From an uncultured Actinomycetota bacterium (lineage in GTDB: Bacteria > Actinomycetota > Actinomycetes > JAFAQI01), in assembly GCA_963770565.1 (NCBI GenBank), contig CAVYQE010000011.1, positions 672,001 through 736,000 on the forward strand: 64,000 nucleotides of DNA. Direction: 5' to 3'. Made by a program: the position numbers and the translations under genes. Positions 39,336 through 49,646 of this stretch are shown piece by piece. The notes under the pieces were generated by a model. It worked only from the letters and a program-made list of their open reading frames with translations, was not told where the DNA came from and searched no databases. Within the stretch, counting starts at the first letter, position 1. Each line of letters starts with the position of its first letter.

Positions 39336-39779
39336 ATGAACCGGATCTCCCAGGCAGGAACCTTCCTCGGCACGGCCGCGCTCAGCCTGGCGGCAGTCGC
39401 CGGCCCGGCCGCGGGCGCCACGCATACCAACGCCAAGCCCACCAAGCTGGTGCACACCCATCTCACGCTCAAGGCAACGCAGGAGCGGGTCACCAAGAAC
39501 GACAAGTTCAAGGCCACCGTCGTGGCCAAGCTGCGTGCGAGGAAGGCTGGTCTCGCGGGCGAGACCGTCGACCTCGAGCAGCACGCCAAGGGCGCGACGA
39601 AGTGGGTCGACACCGGACTGACGGGCACCACGGCGGCTGACGGCACCGCGTCGTTTGCCTTCGTTCAGGGCGCCACGACCGTGCAGTACCGCGTCGTCTT
39701 CGCCGGCGACTCGGCGTACGCCAAGTCGCACAGCGGCACCGTCACGATCCGCAAGTTCAAGGCGGCCTCCGCAAGCTAG
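39336..39779 (+). CDS. Secreted basic Ig-like beta-sandwich protein
   Basis: Signal peptide AGA-T, T..DG.ASF, YRVVFAGD..Y..S.S; RBS AAGGAGA. Confidence 0.8.
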   Translation: MNRISQAGTFLGTAALSLAAVAGPAAGATHTNAKPTKLVHTHLTLKATQERVTKNDKFKATVVAKLRARKAGLAGETVDLEQHAKGATKWVDTGLTGTTAADGTASFAFVQGATTVQYRVVFAGDSAYAKSHSGTVTIRKFKAASAS

Positions 39780-39833
39780 CTGCGAAGCCTGCGGCTGACC
39801 GCTGGTAAGGCGTGGGGTGGGTGGCGACGAGCG

Positions 39834-41018
39834 CTACCCACCCCACGCGCCTGCCCCGATCACGCCGTCGTCGACGAGCCGTTCGATCTCGGCCGGGTCG
39901 AACCCGGCGAGCTCGGTCAGAACCGTTATCGCGTCCGCACCGAGATCCGAGGCGGCGCGCACCGGCGGGTCGGAGTCGCGCCACCGCATCGCTGAGGTCG
40001 CCGAGATGACCGGGCCGATTCCGGGTTGGTCGATCTGCTGAAGAGGCGCCGGCATCGCTTCGGCGGTCTCGGCCAGTGAGCGGAACGGTCCCCACAACAC
40101 CCGCGCCTCGGTCAACGCGCCGGTGATCGCGGCGAGGTCGTGTGCGCCGAACCACGGCTCGAGGATGGTCGAGATCTCGGCCCGGAGCCGATATCGCGCC
40201 GACTCATCGCGGATCAGATCGACGTCGTGCTCGGCCTCGAGCGTCGCGATCGCCGCGCCACTGCCGGTGACGCCGATCAGCGCCCGCCATTGCGACGGTG
40301 TCAGCGCGACGACCATCACGTACCGGCCGTCTGCGGTCGCGAAGTCGCGACCGTAACTGCCGTAGATCGCGTTGCCCTGCCGGTCGCGGTCCTGACCGCT
40401 CGCCGCGACCTCCGAGAACCAGCCGAGGTTCGCGACGCCGGCGAGCGCGACATCGGCGAGCGCGATGTCGATCCGAGCACCCGCACCACTTCGGTCGCGG
40501 CGATGCAACGCGGCGAGCAATGCAGTGGTCACCGTCATCCCGGTCAGCAGGTCCCAGGCCGGCAGCACGTGGTTGACCGGCCCGATCTGCGCCTCCGGCC
40601 CGGTGACGAACGGGACTCCGGTCTCGGCATTGACGGTGTAGTCGACCGCCGGCCGCCCATCGCGGGTGCCCTCGATGTGGACATGGATCAAGTCCGGGCG
40701 GCGGCGGCTCAGTGTCTCCCACGACAGCCAGTCCGCGGCGACCGCGTTGTCAACGAGCACGCCGCGGTCCGTGCCGGGCGCGCAGATCAGCCGGAGCGCA
40801 ACCTCGCGGCCCTGCTCGCTGTGCAGGTCGAGGGTGATCGAGAGCTTGCCGCGGTTGAGCGCCGACCAGTACAGACTGCGGCCGTTCGGCGCGAGCGGCC
40901 ACCGGTTGACGTCGACCGCCCCGCCGAGTGGGTCGATTCGCACGACGGTGGCCCCGAGCTGCGCCAGCGCCAGTCCGGCCGAAGGGCCGGCGACGAACGT
41001 CGCCAGCTCGATGACCAC
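39834..41018 (-). CDS. Family III (CaiB/BaiF) CoA-transferase, mesaconyl-CoA C1-C4 transferase-like
   Basis: FVAGP..G..LAQLGA, SLYW..LNRGK, AVDYTVN, VNHVLPAWD; true start probably upstream (see findings). Confidence 0.85.
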   Translation of the reverse strand: MVIELATFVAGPSAGLALAQLGATVVRIDPLGGAVDVNRWPLAPNGRSLYWSALNRGKLSITLDLHSEQGREVALRLICAPGTDRGVLVDNAVAADWLSWETLSRRRPDLIHVHIEGTRDGRPAVDYTVNAETGVPFVTGPEAQIGPVNHVLPAWDLLTGMTVTTALLAALHRRDRSGAGARIDIALADVALAGVANLGWFSEVAASGQDRDRQGNAIYGSYGRDFATADGRYVMVVALTPSQWRALIGVTGSGAAIATLEAEHDVDLIRDESARYRLRAEISTILEPWFGAHDLAAITGALTEARVLWGPFRSLAETAEAMPAPLQQIDQPGIGPVISATSAMRWRDSDPPVRAASDLGADAITVLTELAGFDPAEIERLVDDGVIGAGAWGG

Positions 41019-41241
41019 AAGACCGGTGAGCGGGGCCGTTTCGGGCCAGGGAGTGCTGACGGCGACACCCCTCTCTCATCCGTCGTGCGGCGCCCCAGTA
41101 TCTCGTTCGGAGTCCCTGGCTCGATCGCGGATCGGCTGCCGACCAGCGGAACATCTGCGACTGGTTTGCGACCGGGCCGCCACAGACTGCCGGCACAAGT
41201 TCGGTGCTCCAAGGCGGCCCGGCAAGACCAGGGGAAGAACC

Positions 41242-41898
41242 ATGCCCAGCAAGCGAATCGCGTATCTCACCACCGGTGTGGCGCTCGGTGCCGTTGCGGC
41301 CCTGACTGGCTGTTCGAGCTCGAGCGGCTCGATCTCGGGCTTGCAAAGTATTGCGTCGCCCGCTGCTGCGACCGGCGGCGGATCACCGGCCGGAGGGTCG
41401 CCAGCGGCATCGACCGATCCGCTTCAGGGAATCATCGGCTCCGGCGGTCCGCTCGATGTCAGCAAGGTGTGCGCGGCGGTCCCTCCGGCCGACGTCCAGA
41501 AGCTGTTCAAGGCCACGGCATCGGCACCGGCGCTGGCCTCCTACCCCGGCGAGTGCAACTGGGGTGGCGGCGGGATCACCGTCGATATCTTCCCCAATGA
41601 CGCGGACAAGTCGCTGTACGGCGGAGGTGCCGTTTCGCCGGCAACCGGTGCCCATCTGTCCGGGGTGGGTGACCTCGCACAGTGGACCCAGCCGGTCCCG
41701 GGTCACACCGTGCCGTTCCTGGTCGCGCACAAGGGAAGCATCTCGATCAGCGTCAGCCCGAGCCTCAATGTCGATCAGACCTCGATCGCCTACACCGGCA
41801 GCGCGCCGTTCTTCGACGTGTCCAAGGCGGAAGCGTTGAAGTACGCGACCGAGGAGGGTCAGATCTGTAACGACATCTTCTCGGCGATGAGCTCCTGA
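41242..41898 (+). CDS. Putative lipoprotein
   Basis: Lipobox LTGC after hydrophobic stretch, S/P/A linker, Cys-containing globular domain. Confidence 0.8.
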   Translation: MPSKRIAYLTTGVALGAVAALTGCSSSSGSISGLQSIASPAAATGGGSPAGGSPAASTDPLQGIIGSGGPLDVSKVCAAVPPADVQKLFKATASAPALASYPGECNWGGGGITVDIFPNDADKSLYGGGAVSPATGAHLSGVGDLAQWTQPVPGHTVPFLVAHKGSISISVSPSLNVDQTSIAYTGSAPFFDVSKAEALKYATEEGQICNDIFSAMSS

Positions 41899-41908
41899 GA
41901 CGACGTCT

Positions 41909-44524
41909 TCAGGGCGTGAGCACGACGCTGAGCGTCGTTTCCGCCGTGAACAGGTCGTTCGCGGTGGCGGTCAGCCCGCCGCTCGAGCCCGCCGAACTGG
42001 ACGGCGCGGAGTCGGCGAGCAGCGTGCTGATCCGGCCGCCGCCGGTGCCGATCTCGGAGCTCCGAACTGTCGCGGCAGGCGAGCCGGCCCACGCGGTGAC
42101 GTCCGAGGACTTCACCGCCCAGTACGAAACCACGACGTCGCCCGCGGCGGCCATGCCGACGCTCGGAGTGGCGACTGCGCTTTCGGTCTGATGTGCGCCT
42201 GCACCGGCCAGACCGGGCGCGACCGTCGGGCTGACGCCCGAATACGCCACGACCTGAAGACTGCCCTTGATCGTGGCGGGGAATTGAACGCTGACCGTTG
42301 ACCCCGGGTCCGTCGTCGACGCGACCTTGCTCCACACCATCGTTGTCATGACCGGATTGCGTACCGTGCCGACCGGGGTCCAACCCGCAGGCGTGGCGAT
42401 CGGAGCAGTGCCGACGGCAGAGGCGGTGAGCAGCAGCTCATCGCCGGCATCGGCCGTGGTCGGGATGGTCACACTCGGCGACGCGGAGTCGACGGTCGTT
42501 CCGCTCGCGCCGGAGAACGCGATAGGTGACAAGGGCGGCGCCGGCGAAGAGACCGACGTCGAGCAGATGCCGAATGGTCCGCACAGGTCAGCTGTATCCG
42601 CGTCGGCCGCATGACCCAGCAGCGGAAGGCGGAGCAGTTCCTCGGCCGTCTTCAGCAACGAGTAGTGGGAGAAGTGGGCGCCGGACACGACGTGGGTGGT
42701 GTACGGCGAAATCACGATGTTCGGCACGACGCAGTCGGTGGCCGACGAGGACGTGCAGCTCTCGCCGTTCGAGCCGCCGCGGCCCTCGTCCCAGGTGACA
42801 TCGATCAGCAGGTTCCCGTTCCTGTAGTCGGGGCCCCCGGTCAGAATCGGGATCCACTTCGCCAGCCACGCGTCGCCCCCGGCGACGAGATCCGGGCACG
42901 ACGCGTCGCTGGGCGGCAGCTCGTGCATGTCGTCACAGGGGCCGGGCGTAACAAACGAGAACCCCGGCAGCGTGCCGCCCGTGACCGCGGCGACGAGCGG
43001 ACCGGATGTCGTCGTACCCAGCGGTACGTCGTGGGTCCCACAGTCTCCGGCACTCGGCGCCCCGATCGGCATCGCCGAGTACGACGCCGCCGGGTTGTGC
43101 CGGCCCAGGTAGTACTGGCTCGGCGGCTCGGTGCCGGTCTGGGGAGTGTGGTCGCAGTTGGCCGGCATGTATTCCTCGTAGCTGCGCCAGTTCGGGTCGG
43201 CCTCCGAGAAGATGCTCGGCGCGGCGTAGTAGCCGAGCGAGTCACCCGTCGCGCCCTGAGTGCTGCCGCTGGTCATGGCCAGGTAGTTGGGATAGCTCGG
43301 GTGTGTGACGGCGTGGTAGTCGCTGGTGCTGCCGCACTGTGACAGCAGCGACTTGTCGATGTACGACGCGCTCGGGTCGCCCGGGATTTGGTTGGTCGTG
43401 GTGCCGTAGGAGCGGTTCTCCATCACGATCCAGAGCACCTTGGAGATGTGCGGCGTCTGACCGGCCATCGAGCCGCAGAGCGAGCTCGGGACGGTCGAGT
43501 CCTGGTTCGGCGTCGACAGCCCGAAGTGACCGGCCAGGCTGTTCGTGCCGGCATCCGCGGCGTGCGCGAGGTGCGACAGCCCGAGGAGGTCTTCGACCCC
43601 CTTGGTGATGGAGTAGGCATCGAGGAAGGTCGCGACGTTGCCGCCGTGGTTGTAGGGGTACACCACCCACAACGGCACATGGCAGCTCTCCTGCTTGCCC
43701 GCAAGGTCGGCGGTTTGGTTGGTGCAGTTCTCCCCGGTGGTCGAGTCGGCGCCGGAGCCCTCGTCATCGGTGATGATCAGCGCGGTGGTGCCGGCCTGAT
43801 ACGACGCCGAGGCGACGAACTTCGGCAGGAACTGGCTGAGGAAGGTGTCCTGCGTGCGGAGCGGCGACCCGCCTTCGCCGACGTGATCCTGTGTCGGGGA
43901 GAGCCACGTGAAGCCGGGCAAGGAGTTGGCGTCGAGGGCGGACCAGAATGCTCCGCTGTCGGGCGTTGTCAGCGAGCCGACCGGCACGACGTCGTCAGCG
44001 CAGTCGACGTTGGGGTAGAACAACCAGGGATCATGGCCGATCTTGGTGATGCCTGTGATCGTGGTCTGTTCGCACTTGGACGTTGCGCCTTCTACGAAGT
44101 TGCGCCAACCAACACCGGCGGCGGCCGACTGACTGAACAGGCTCGGTGCGGAGCTGCTGCAGGTTGCAACCGAGCCGCACCCAGGTGGGCTCTTGGCCGG
44201 ATACTGCCCGGCTGTTGCGGCCAGGTAGTTCGCGGCGCTGGTGTGGGTTGCGGCGTACATCTCGGTTGCCACGCCGCAACGTGACGTCAATGTGTTGTTC
44301 ATGTACGGCGCCGAAGCGCTACCCATCACCTGGTCGTAACTTTCGTTCTCCAGATACATCACGACGACGTGCTTGATCGCTGGCGCACTGCCGGCGTTGC
44401 CGCACAATGCGAGGGCACTTGCGGCGTGTGTCGTGCTGGCGCCGGTCGCGACGGTCGCGATGGCGAGAAGAATCGTTGCGAGATAACGGAAAACTGCGGT
44501 GCTACGAGTCTGCCGTCTTCTCAT
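41909..44524 (-). CDS. Secreted tandem two-domain phosphoesterase (AcpA/PLC-like) with C-terminal beta domain
   Basis: Repeated HVVVMYLENESY..THTSAANY..DEG and KVLWIVMENRSY..THPSYPNY..DMH..WDEG; signal peptide. Confidence 0.85.
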   Translation of the reverse strand: MRRRQTRSTAVFRYLATILLAIATVATGASTTHAASALALCGNAGSAPAIKHVVVMYLENESYDQVMGSASAPYMNNTLTSRCGVATEMYAATHTSAANYLAATAGQYPAKSPPGCGSVATCSSSAPSLFSQSAAAGVGWRNFVEGATSKCEQTTITGITKIGHDPWLFYPNVDCADDVVPVGSLTTPDSGAFWSALDANSLPGFTWLSPTQDHVGEGGSPLRTQDTFLSQFLPKFVASASYQAGTTALIITDDEGSGADSTTGENCTNQTADLAGKQESCHVPLWVVYPYNHGGNVATFLDAYSITKGVEDLLGLSHLAHAADAGTNSLAGHFGLSTPNQDSTVPSSLCGSMAGQTPHISKVLWIVMENRSYGTTTNQIPGDPSASYIDKSLLSQCGSTSDYHAVTHPSYPNYLAMTSGSTQGATGDSLGYYAAPSIFSEADPNWRSYEEYMPANCDHTPQTGTEPPSQYYLGRHNPAASYSAMPIGAPSAGDCGTHDVPLGTTTSGPLVAAVTGGTLPGFSFVTPGPCDDMHELPPSDASCPDLVAGGDAWLAKWIPILTGGPDYRNGNLLIDVTWDEGRGGSNGESCTSSSATDCVVPNIVISPYTTHVVSGAHFSHYSLLKTAEELLRLPLLGHAADADTADLCGPFGICSTSVSSPAPPLSPIAFSGASGTTVDSASPSVTIPTTADAGDELLLTASAVGTAPIATPAGWTPVGTVRNPVMTTMVWSKVASTTDPGSTVSVQFPATIKGSLQVVAYSGVSPTVAPGLAGAGAHQTESAVATPSVGMAAAGDVVVSYWAVKSSDVTAWAGSPAATVRSSEIGTGGGRISTLLADSAPSSSAGSSGGLTATANDLFTAETTLSVVLTP

Positions 44525-44685
44525 CAAGACACCCCTGAGCTCGGCCGAACGTCACTCGTGCAACGGTTTCGATCAACTCAAAGCGCGTGTGCAGCCTAAG
44601 AACGGCATACCCACGTAATGGCGCCCTCTATCTGAAGGTCCGGCAAACGCTGGGCGACAACTAGTGCATCGCGCGCGGATGAGTC

Positions 44686-45093
44686 CTATTGATTGAGTGG
44701 TTTGCGCTGTTTGACGATCGACCAGGCGAACCATCCTGCAACGGCAAGCAAGCCGAGGCCGACGCAGAACAACGCGATCGGTGTCGATTTAGACGAGGTG
44801 TAGGCGGTGTCACCGGTCGCACGCGCGTTGACGGTCTTGCCGATGTCGCCTCTGTCGACACCGTCGACGGTGCCTAGCACGACGTGACCGTTGCCGAGCA
44901 GGCTGCCACCGGCGACCCAGCTGCCGCTGCAGACGGTCGATCCGCCGTGCAGGCCGTCGACGTGGTGACAGTCGGTGACGGTCACGACCACCTTGGCGCC
45001 GCTCGACTGCTCATGCAATCGCCAGGCTCCGCCGGCAAACACGCCGAGGCCGCAGAGGATCAGCGCGACCGTCAAGCCCTTGAGAATCGCCAT
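44686..45093 (-). CDS. 2-TM membrane protein (DUF3592-like layout)
   Basis: TM, beta domain with 2 Cys, TM. Confidence 0.65.
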   Translation of the reverse strand: MAILKGLTVALILCGLGVFAGGAWRLHEQSSGAKVVVTVTDCHHVDGLHGGSTVCSGSWVAGGSLLGNGHVVLGTVDGVDRGDIGKTVNARATGDTAYTSSKSTPIALFCVGLGLLAVAGWFAWSIVKQRKPLNQ

Positions 45094-45103
45094 CTCGCGG
45101 TGC

Positions 45104-46744
45104 CTACACCGACCGGCCGTGACCCGCGGTGTAGCGGAGCCAGGATGCGGCACCGATCGCCCGCTTGTAGGTCGGCGGCGGGTCGAGCCGCAGCACCAGC
45201 CGCCCGTTCGACTCGACCAAGGTCGCTCGGTCGCCGACCAGCCATCGGAACGGCGTGGGCAAGGCGATCGGCTTGTCCGGCAGCACGGCGTCGCGTGCGG
45301 TCAGCGGCCGGCGAGCGATCTCCTGCCCCCGGCGGAGCTCGAGGCCGAGGCGGAGCTCGTATCCCGCGGTCGGGCGCAACAACCGTCGCCCCACGCCGGC
45401 CAGCTCGACATCGCCGGCAAAACGAACGCCGCCTTCGGCGGCATCGACAGTCACTGGTCCGGACCAGACCGGGTCGCCGACCCTGGTCGTCACCCTGACC
45501 GTGCCACGCGGCTCGACGCCGGCCAGGCCGTCGAGCAGGTCGTGCACCTGCCCCTCGAGCCGCAGCAGAGTGCCGTCGACCGTGGCGCGCGACACGACCG
45601 CGAGATAGGGGCGCTTCGCCCACCCAAGCTGTTGCCAGCCCTGGTCGGTCACATCCAAGACCGCGTCCGCCCGGGGGTTGTCGGCGTACGCGGCGGTCCA
45701 GCGCAGTCGAGCGTCGGTGGCCACCAGGTCGCTCGACGCCGACTCGGTGACGGCCAGGTCGGCGGCGGCGAGTGCGCGCTCAACGTCGCCCTGGCCGATC
45801 ATGAACGCGCCGATCCGGCAACCGAGCGGGATGTCGTCGTTGCCTGCTGAGCGATCGGGAATCGCGATTCCGGCGCAGTAGTCGCGCGCGGTCTCCATCA
45901 GCTCGCCGCGATCCGCCGGTGCGGCCTCGCGCAGCTCGCGCAGGAAGACCATCAGGTCGAGGGCCAGGAAACGGGCGTCCTTCGCCGCGCGCAGGGCGGC
46001 TGGCGCACCCGAGTCGTCGAGGTAGGCGTCGATCCGGCGGTTGACTTCGATCCGGTCGTGCCAGCGCCTGAGGTCACGGCGGTTGGTGATGGACAGTGCG
46101 CCAGCCGAGCGCCGGACGTTCCAGACGTAGACCAGGTCCGGCACGATCGCGATCCGACCGGCCCGGCAGTAGGCCTCCGTGACGAAGAGCAGGTCCTCAT
46201 AGAGCAGACCGGCCGGAAAGGTCAGCCCGGCCTCCTCCACGAACGAGCGCCGGTAGAGCTTGTTCCACGGTGGCGTGTCGTGCAGCTGCGCGGGCCGATC
46301 GAGGATCCCGTCGAGGACGGTCGCGCTGCGATAGAAGTCGCGGTAGGCGGGGATGTAGCGGGTCGGATCGTGGTGGCGCCGGACGAACTCGCCGCAGGCC
46401 AGGTCGGCATCGGCGCGCTCGGCCGCGCCGGACAGCTTCTCGCAGGCGCGCCGGGTGAGAACGTCGTCGCTGTCGCAGAACATCAGGTACCGGCCGGTCG
46501 CGACCGCCATGCCGTCGTTGCGCGGGGCGCTGCAGCCGCCGCTGTTGGCTTCGCGCCGAAGCACCGTGATCCGCGGGTCAGCGGCGGCGAGCAGCGCCGT
46601 CACGGCCGGCGTCTCGTCGGTCGAGGCGTCGTCGACCACGATGATCTCGATGTCGCGAAGGGTCTGGCGCATGACCGAACGGACCGCGGTGGGCAGATGG
46701 GTGGCGTCGTTGTACCCGATCACGATCACGCTGACGAGCGCCAC
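45104..46744 (-). CDS. GT2 family glycosyltransferase (TarS-like)
   Basis: VSVIV..YN, VDDASTD, SGG.SAPRN.G, FCDSDD, WNKLYRR, YED. Confidence 0.92.
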   Translation of the reverse strand: MALVSVIVIGYNDATHLPTAVRSVMRQTLRDIEIIVVDDASTDETPAVTALLAAADPRITVLRREANSGGCSAPRNDGMAVATGRYLMFCDSDDVLTRRACEKLSGAAERADADLACGEFVRRHHDPTRYIPAYRDFYRSATVLDGILDRPAQLHDTPPWNKLYRRSFVEEAGLTFPAGLLYEDLLFVTEAYCRAGRIAIVPDLVYVWNVRRSAGALSITNRRDLRRWHDRIEVNRRIDAYLDDSGAPAALRAAKDARFLALDLMVFLRELREAAPADRGELMETARDYCAGIAIPDRSAGNDDIPLGCRIGAFMIGQGDVERALAAADLAVTESASSDLVATDARLRWTAAYADNPRADAVLDVTDQGWQQLGWAKRPYLAVVSRATVDGTLLRLEGQVHDLLDGLAGVEPRGTVRVTTRVGDPVWSGPVTVDAAEGGVRFAGDVELAGVGRRLLRPTAGYELRLGLELRRGQEIARRPLTARDAVLPDKPIALPTPFRWLVGDRATLVESNGRLVLRLDPPPTYKRAIGAASWLRYTAGHGRSV

Positions 46745-46827
46745 CGCCGGAGACTATTCCGGACCCGTACCGGCCGCGGAACGGCGGGCCGGGGCCGACC
46801 GACCGGCCCGATACGCTGGATGCCACC

Positions 46828-47589
46828 ATGTTGCCCCCGTTTGGCCGTTTTGCGTATGCCCTCGCCCTGGCCGTTGTGACCGCGCTCAGCACCCCGCACG
46901 CCGCCACCCTGCATCAGCGCGCCTTCCCGAGCTCCGGTGCGGTGGGCTACGACGTCGGCGACTCCTCCTGCTCGACCACGCTGCCGACTGGCGGCTCCTT
47001 CGCCGTCGTGGGCGCGACCGCCGGAAAGCCCTTCCACCCCTCGACCTGCCTGGCGGCCGAGTACGCCTGGGCCAAGACCCTGACCTACCGGCCGCAGTAC
47101 TACATCAACCTCGCCGACCCCGGCCACCGGAGCTCGCACTGGGGCGATGGCGGTCCGCGGACCTGCCACCGTAAGCCCAAGTACGACCTCGGCTGCGCCT
47201 ACGACTACGGCGTGAAGACCGCGACCACGGCGCTGCAGTACGTCAAGGCAGTGGGCAGCACCGGCCAGGGCCGGTGGTGGCTCGACGTCGAGCCCGACAA
47301 CACGTGGGGCACCGGCCGGGCCGGCATCGCGGCCAACCTGGCCGACATCCAGGGCGCCCTGCACTACCTGCGGACCCGGTCGCACGTCTCGGCCGGGATC
47401 TACACCGAGACCAGCTGGTGGCTGCAGATCACCGGCGGCGCTCGGATGTCGCGTACCGCGGTGTGGGGCGGCGGGGCGAACAGCCGGCATCACGCCCGGC
47501 AGAACTGCCGGCCGCATTCGATCACCGGCGGGCGCGCGCTGCTCGCGCAATGGATCACCGGTACGGTCGACCACGACCTCGCCTGCTAG
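46828..47589 (+). CDS. Secreted GH25-like TIM-barrel protein
   Basis: Signal peptide, GYDV, WWLDVE..N.W, GIYT, D.DLAC C-terminus. Confidence 0.6.
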   Translation: MLPPFGRFAYALALAVVTALSTPHAATLHQRAFPSSGAVGYDVGDSSCSTTLPTGGSFAVVGATAGKPFHPSTCLAAEYAWAKTLTYRPQYYINLADPGHRSSHWGDGGPRTCHRKPKYDLGCAYDYGVKTATTALQYVKAVGSTGQGRWWLDVEPDNTWGTGRAGIAANLADIQGALHYLRTRSHVSAGIYTETSWWLQITGGARMSRTAVWGGGANSRHHARQNCRPHSITGGRALLAQWITGTVDHDLAC

Positions 47590-47709
47590 CGCTGAATCCT
47601 CGCCATCCGGGGCCGCGCTGAGCACCGCCCGCGGCGGCACCGGCGAATTGCCGCGGCGCGGCCCGCTGTGCGAGCATTCGCCCCGCTCGGAGGCAATGGA
47701 GGGGATCTG

Positions 47710-48816
47710 ATGTCAGCACCGGCCACGGTGACCGGCGGACCGGACCGGCGAACTGCTCGAGGCCACCGGGCACGTCGCACCATCGTTTGTGTTGCCGCGT
47801 TGTCGATCCTGCCCGCGGTCGGCCTGGTGGCTACCGCAACTCCGACCTCAGCCGTACCGACGTACACGTTCATCCAAGTGCCCAACGGCGGCTACGGGGT
47901 CGGGGTCAACCCGAAGACCGACACGATCTACGAGAGTGGCGTCGGCACCGTGTCGGTCATCAACGGCGCAACCGGGAAGGTCACCGCCACCATCGCCGAC
48001 TCGGGCAAGCAGCCCGGTGACATCGCGGTCGACCCGACCAGGAACCTGGTCTACGTCGCCAACGAGGGCTCGGGCACGATCACCGTCATCAACGGAAAGA
48101 CCAACAAGGTCCGCCACACCATCAAGGTCGGCCACGATCCGGTCAGCATCGCCGTCAACACCAAGAAGGACCTCGTCTACGTCGCCAACACCAACTCGAA
48201 CACCGTGTCGGTCATCAACGGCAGGACTGACAAGGTCGCGCACACGGTCAAAGTGCGCCATCACCCAAACTACGTCGCCGTCAACGTCAGGACCGGGACG
48301 GTCTACGCCACCTTCGAGGGCGTCCCGGGCTCGCAGAACGGAAGCACCTACTTCTTCCACGCGGGCGTGGCGGTCATCTCCGGCAAGACGAACAAGGTCA
48401 CCCGGCTGGTCAGGCCGGCCTCGGAGTCCGGCAGCTCGGCCGACGGGGTCGCGGTCGACCCCGGCACCGGCCGGGTGTACGTGGTCTTCGACTACGCGTA
48501 CGGCGCGGTGCTGGTGCTGAACGGCAAGACCGACAAGGTCATCACGAACATCTCCGTCGGCAGCTATCCCAACATGATCGCGCTGAACCCGGCCAAGCAC
48601 CTGATGTACGTCGGGTGGAGCGACGCGAACCAGCAGGGGATCAAGGTGTCGTTCGTCAAGCTGGGCAGCGGCCGGGTCATCGGCAACTACGGCGAGGAGC
48701 AAGGTCAGACCGGTATGGCGATCAACCCGGTCACCAACCGCACCTACATCTCCTCCAACGATCTCTACCTCGGCGGCGACTTCACGACCGGCCTGGAAGT
48801 GATCCACGGCACGTAG
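47710..48816 (+). CDS. Secreted YncE/YVTN-repeat beta-propeller protein
   Basis: Repeated P..IAV....VYVAN..S.TVSVING.T.KV..TI.VG. Confidence 0.92.
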   Translation: MSAPATVTGGPDRRTARGHRARRTIVCVAALSILPAVGLVATATPTSAVPTYTFIQVPNGGYGVGVNPKTDTIYESGVGTVSVINGATGKVTATIADSGKQPGDIAVDPTRNLVYVANEGSGTITVINGKTNKVRHTIKVGHDPVSIAVNTKKDLVYVANTNSNTVSVINGRTDKVAHTVKVRHHPNYVAVNVRTGTVYATFEGVPGSQNGSTYFFHAGVAVISGKTNKVTRLVRPASESGSSADGVAVDPGTGRVYVVFDYAYGAVLVLNGKTDKVITNISVGSYPNMIALNPAKHLMYVGWSDANQQGIKVSFVKLGSGRVIGNYGEEQGQTGMAINPVTNRTYISSNDLYLGGDFTTGLEVIHGT

Positions 48817-49004
48817 CCGCCGCGTCGAGCCGGAGATGAATAATCCACGCCCGAGGTTGCTAAGCCGACCCGGTCCGGGGTAGGACGATCTTGCCCCTGG
48901 GTGACCGCATTCGCTGTTACGCCGTCGCGGAGCGGAGCCCAGGAAGCCCGTCCGGCCCACCCGTCCGGCCCGGTCGTGACGGCAACTCTCGACTTGGAGG
49001 CACA

Positions 49005-49646
49005 ATGAGCAGCAGCGGGAGCATCGATCTGAAGCTCGAGGTGGTCGTCATCCCGGTCGCCGATCCGGACCGCTCGAAGGACTTCTACGGGGGCCTCGGC
49101 TGGCGGCTCGATGCCGACTTCCCGTTCGACAACGGCTTCCGGGTCGTTCAGTTCACCCCGCCGGGGTCGGCCACGTCGATCCAGTTCGGCACGAAGATCA
49201 CCTCCGCGGCGCCCGGCTCGGCCCAGGGCCTCTACCTGGTCGTCTCCGATATCCAGGCGGCATGCGATGCGCTGCTGGCCCACGGGGCGAAGGTCAGCGA
49301 GGTCTTCCACTCCGGGACGCCCGGCGCCCAGCTCCAGACGGACGACACCAGCGGGCGGATCAGCGGACCGGCTCCCGACCACAAGACGTACAGCTCGTTC
49401 GCGACGTTCGCCGACCCGGATGGCAACGGCTGGCTGCTCCAGGAGGTCACGTCGCGACTTCCCGGCCGCGTCGACCCCGCTGAGACCGCCTTCGGGTCCG
49501 TCCCCGACCTGGCGGATGCGCTCCGGCGCGCGGCGGCCGCGCACGGCGAGCACGAGAAGCGCATCGGTCAGGCCGACGAGAACTGGCCGGACTGGTACGC
49601 CGCGTACATGGTCGCTGAGCAGACGGGCGTGGACCTGCCGTCATGA
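49005..49646 (+). CDS. VOC/glyoxalase family protein with C-terminal extension
   Basis: LEVVVIPV.D.DRSK.FY, QFTPPGS, F.DPDGNGWLLQE; tail AHGEHE...WPDWYA.YM. Confidence 0.9.
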   Translation: MSSSGSIDLKLEVVVIPVADPDRSKDFYGGLGWRLDADFPFDNGFRVVQFTPPGSATSIQFGTKITSAAPGSAQGLYLVVSDIQAACDALLAHGAKVSEVFHSGTPGAQLQTDDTSGRISGPAPDHKTYSSFATFADPDGNGWLLQEVTSRLPGRVDPAETAFGSVPDLADALRRAAAAHGEHEKRIGQADENWPDWYAAYMVAEQTGVDLPS

